A DNA stretch of 64,000 bases from Hydrolagus affinis (lineage: Eukaryota). The stretch's first letter is position 1; each line of letters begins with the position of its first letter. The stretch lies in the NCBI GenBank assembly GCA_012026655.1, contig JAAILG010000074.1, forward strand, positions 1 through 64,000, read 5' to 3'. This document shows, piece after piece, positions 62,051-64,000 of the stretch. The translations under genes were made by a program, and so were the position numbers. Below the pieces are notes generated by a model. That model saw only the letters and a list, made by a program, of their open reading frames with translations, did not search any database and was not told the DNA's origin.

Positions 62051-64000
62051 CGTCACTTACAACTCTTCCAGCACTAACTTGTAATGTCAGCCTGAAGGCT
62101 ATGAATTGGAAGTGCTGAAGAGTCCCAAATATTGGTTTTCCGCTTGCTCCTTTTCTGCTGAATTAGGTCATCAAAGTGCCTGGACCTCAGTCATCCCAGA
62201 CAGTTACAGCACTTTGAACCAACTATGTTCAGCTAGACCAACACAACATGAAAATAAACACATTTGACCCGAGGACAAACAAAATAAAAACATAACAGTT
62301 CCTAAAGATTATGCAGGTAAAAGTGAAGATGCTATAAAACAAAAAACATGCATTGTTATGAATCTCAGACTTTGAATGTGCCAGAGTCTGTAAATCATTG
62401 CATTTAGGGTGTTACTTACTCAAACAATTGAAATCCCTCTGGTAAAATACTGATTACATGCAGCAAAGGAAGTACAGTATGAATCTGCACGTTTTGATGC
62501 AACTTCATTGCCTCTGAATCTAAAAATAAACAAGTTATTTTCTACGTGCAAAATAAATCGCATTCAAATAAAAAGAAGGAATGTTTGCTTTTGAAGTGAA
62601 AAGAATAGCCTTGCAAATATATATCTGTTACAATATTGTAATAATATATTTTCATAGATTTTACCTGAAGATACATATAATATGCTCTCTACCTGGGGTG
62701 AACTGGCTGAGTAATAATTTATTTCATAACTTTATATCCAACAGGTATGTATTTTGTAGCACTGAAACTACAATTCAAAATTATATTTAAATAAAAATTA
62801 TTTAACAGCTTTGAAAATGAAGGTAAAATGAAAGACTCAGTAACAAATCCATTTAATACAATACAAAGTGGCATCAGAGAACACATCAGAGCACTAGTGG
62901 CTTTGGATTTTCAGAAATTGATCTCATGAGCGAAACAATGCATTCCCTGATACAAATACTGTATAACACAATGAAGTCCTAAGTATCTAAACTATGCAGA
63001 CCCAAAGATAATTTGGCAGTAAAAAAAATTCTTATAATACCACCCATGTTTATTTTTTCAGAATATTAGAACTGTTTCAATGATTAGAAAAGCGCCACCT
63101 CTGGCTGGCTCAGATAATAGAATACAGTATTTCAGACATCAGTGTTTTTAATAAGAGAGACTCCACTGAACTGCACATAGTGTAAGTACTGTACTATTTG
63201 ACAACTGGTTGTAAACTCTACCAAATCTTAGCTGGTTAAGAAGCAAATGAACCATTTCCCACAAACAATTTGAAAATCCATATCGAGCTTCTGTGGTTAC
63301 TTCTTTGCCCAACACAAATGCACAATTCGCGTTTGGAATACAGAGGTGCTTCTATAATAACACAGCCCACTTTCATTTGCACTTGCTTGTGTTTGTATAA
63401 CAATCTTGAGGAAAATATTGATTACTTTTCATCCAATGTTACAGAAAAGTTAGTTTTTTGAAAAAAAAGCTAAGCCAGGAACAAAACACATACAATCTAC
63501 ATGTAGAATAATGGATACCTGGAAATAATTATGAGCAGTAATCTAATCAAGGAGTTCAGAAGATTTATATATAAAATAGTGGAAACCTGGGAGCTATTAC
63601 AAGGCAATAATTTAATTGAGTTCAGATGACATCATAAATTTCACAAAATGAAGCTGAAGCAGTTTATATTCATCATCTTAAGCTCAAGATTAAACCACTG
63701 CCTTGAATCAATCCCTGATATCTGGTATCTGTTAATATACATATTGCTTCAATTTTATGTGGGGTTTTTTTTGAGGGTAAGCTTTTATGATATTGGTGAC
63801 TGTTAATGGAAGCCTTCCATTGCAGTTGAGAGGTGAAGCCGATCAACATTCACAGAAAGGATTAATGATAGGAAGGTCAGTCCTTCCACTTCATCAAAAA
63901 ACCCCCTGCATTTATTGGGACCTTCTAATGCCAAGCATATACTTTACATAAGGTTAACTTTGCTTCTGGTCTTCAACCTTATTCAGAATATCTTTACTGC

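Noticed and set aside
63091-63108. CTCF-like AGCGCCACCTCTGG
   Set aside because: Only the AGGTGGCGC half fits the consensus, which is insufficient without a PWM score or ChIP data.

Overview
AT-rich, CpG-depleted vertebrate non-coding DNA (long intron or gene desert). The repeat inventory points to a cartilaginous fish, possibly a holocephalan (inference). It includes an abundant tRNA-headed SINE with CORE/Deu-like body and L2-type tail, L2 and CR1 LINE debris, older Deu and AmnSINE2-like SINEs, and a Penelope-type palindrome. I recognise no host protein-coding exon. The listed ORFs are chance ORFs or fragments of LINE reverse transcriptase (L2, CR1, L1/Tx1, RTE). Most notable: (1) a ~180-bp palindromic element centred on a decayed hammerhead ribozyme core (30114-30334); (2) a strong acceptor-AAG-donor signal that looks like a 3-nt microexon or recursive splice site (1811-1846); (3) long-range inverted repeats not explained by annotated elements (6072/6647 and 43071/43856); (4) several MITE-like elements; (5) a dense AP-1/ETS/GATA motif cluster (34311-34440). 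I see no convincing new biological system. Family names come from recalled consensus motifs, not from database searches, and boundaries of old repeats are approximate.
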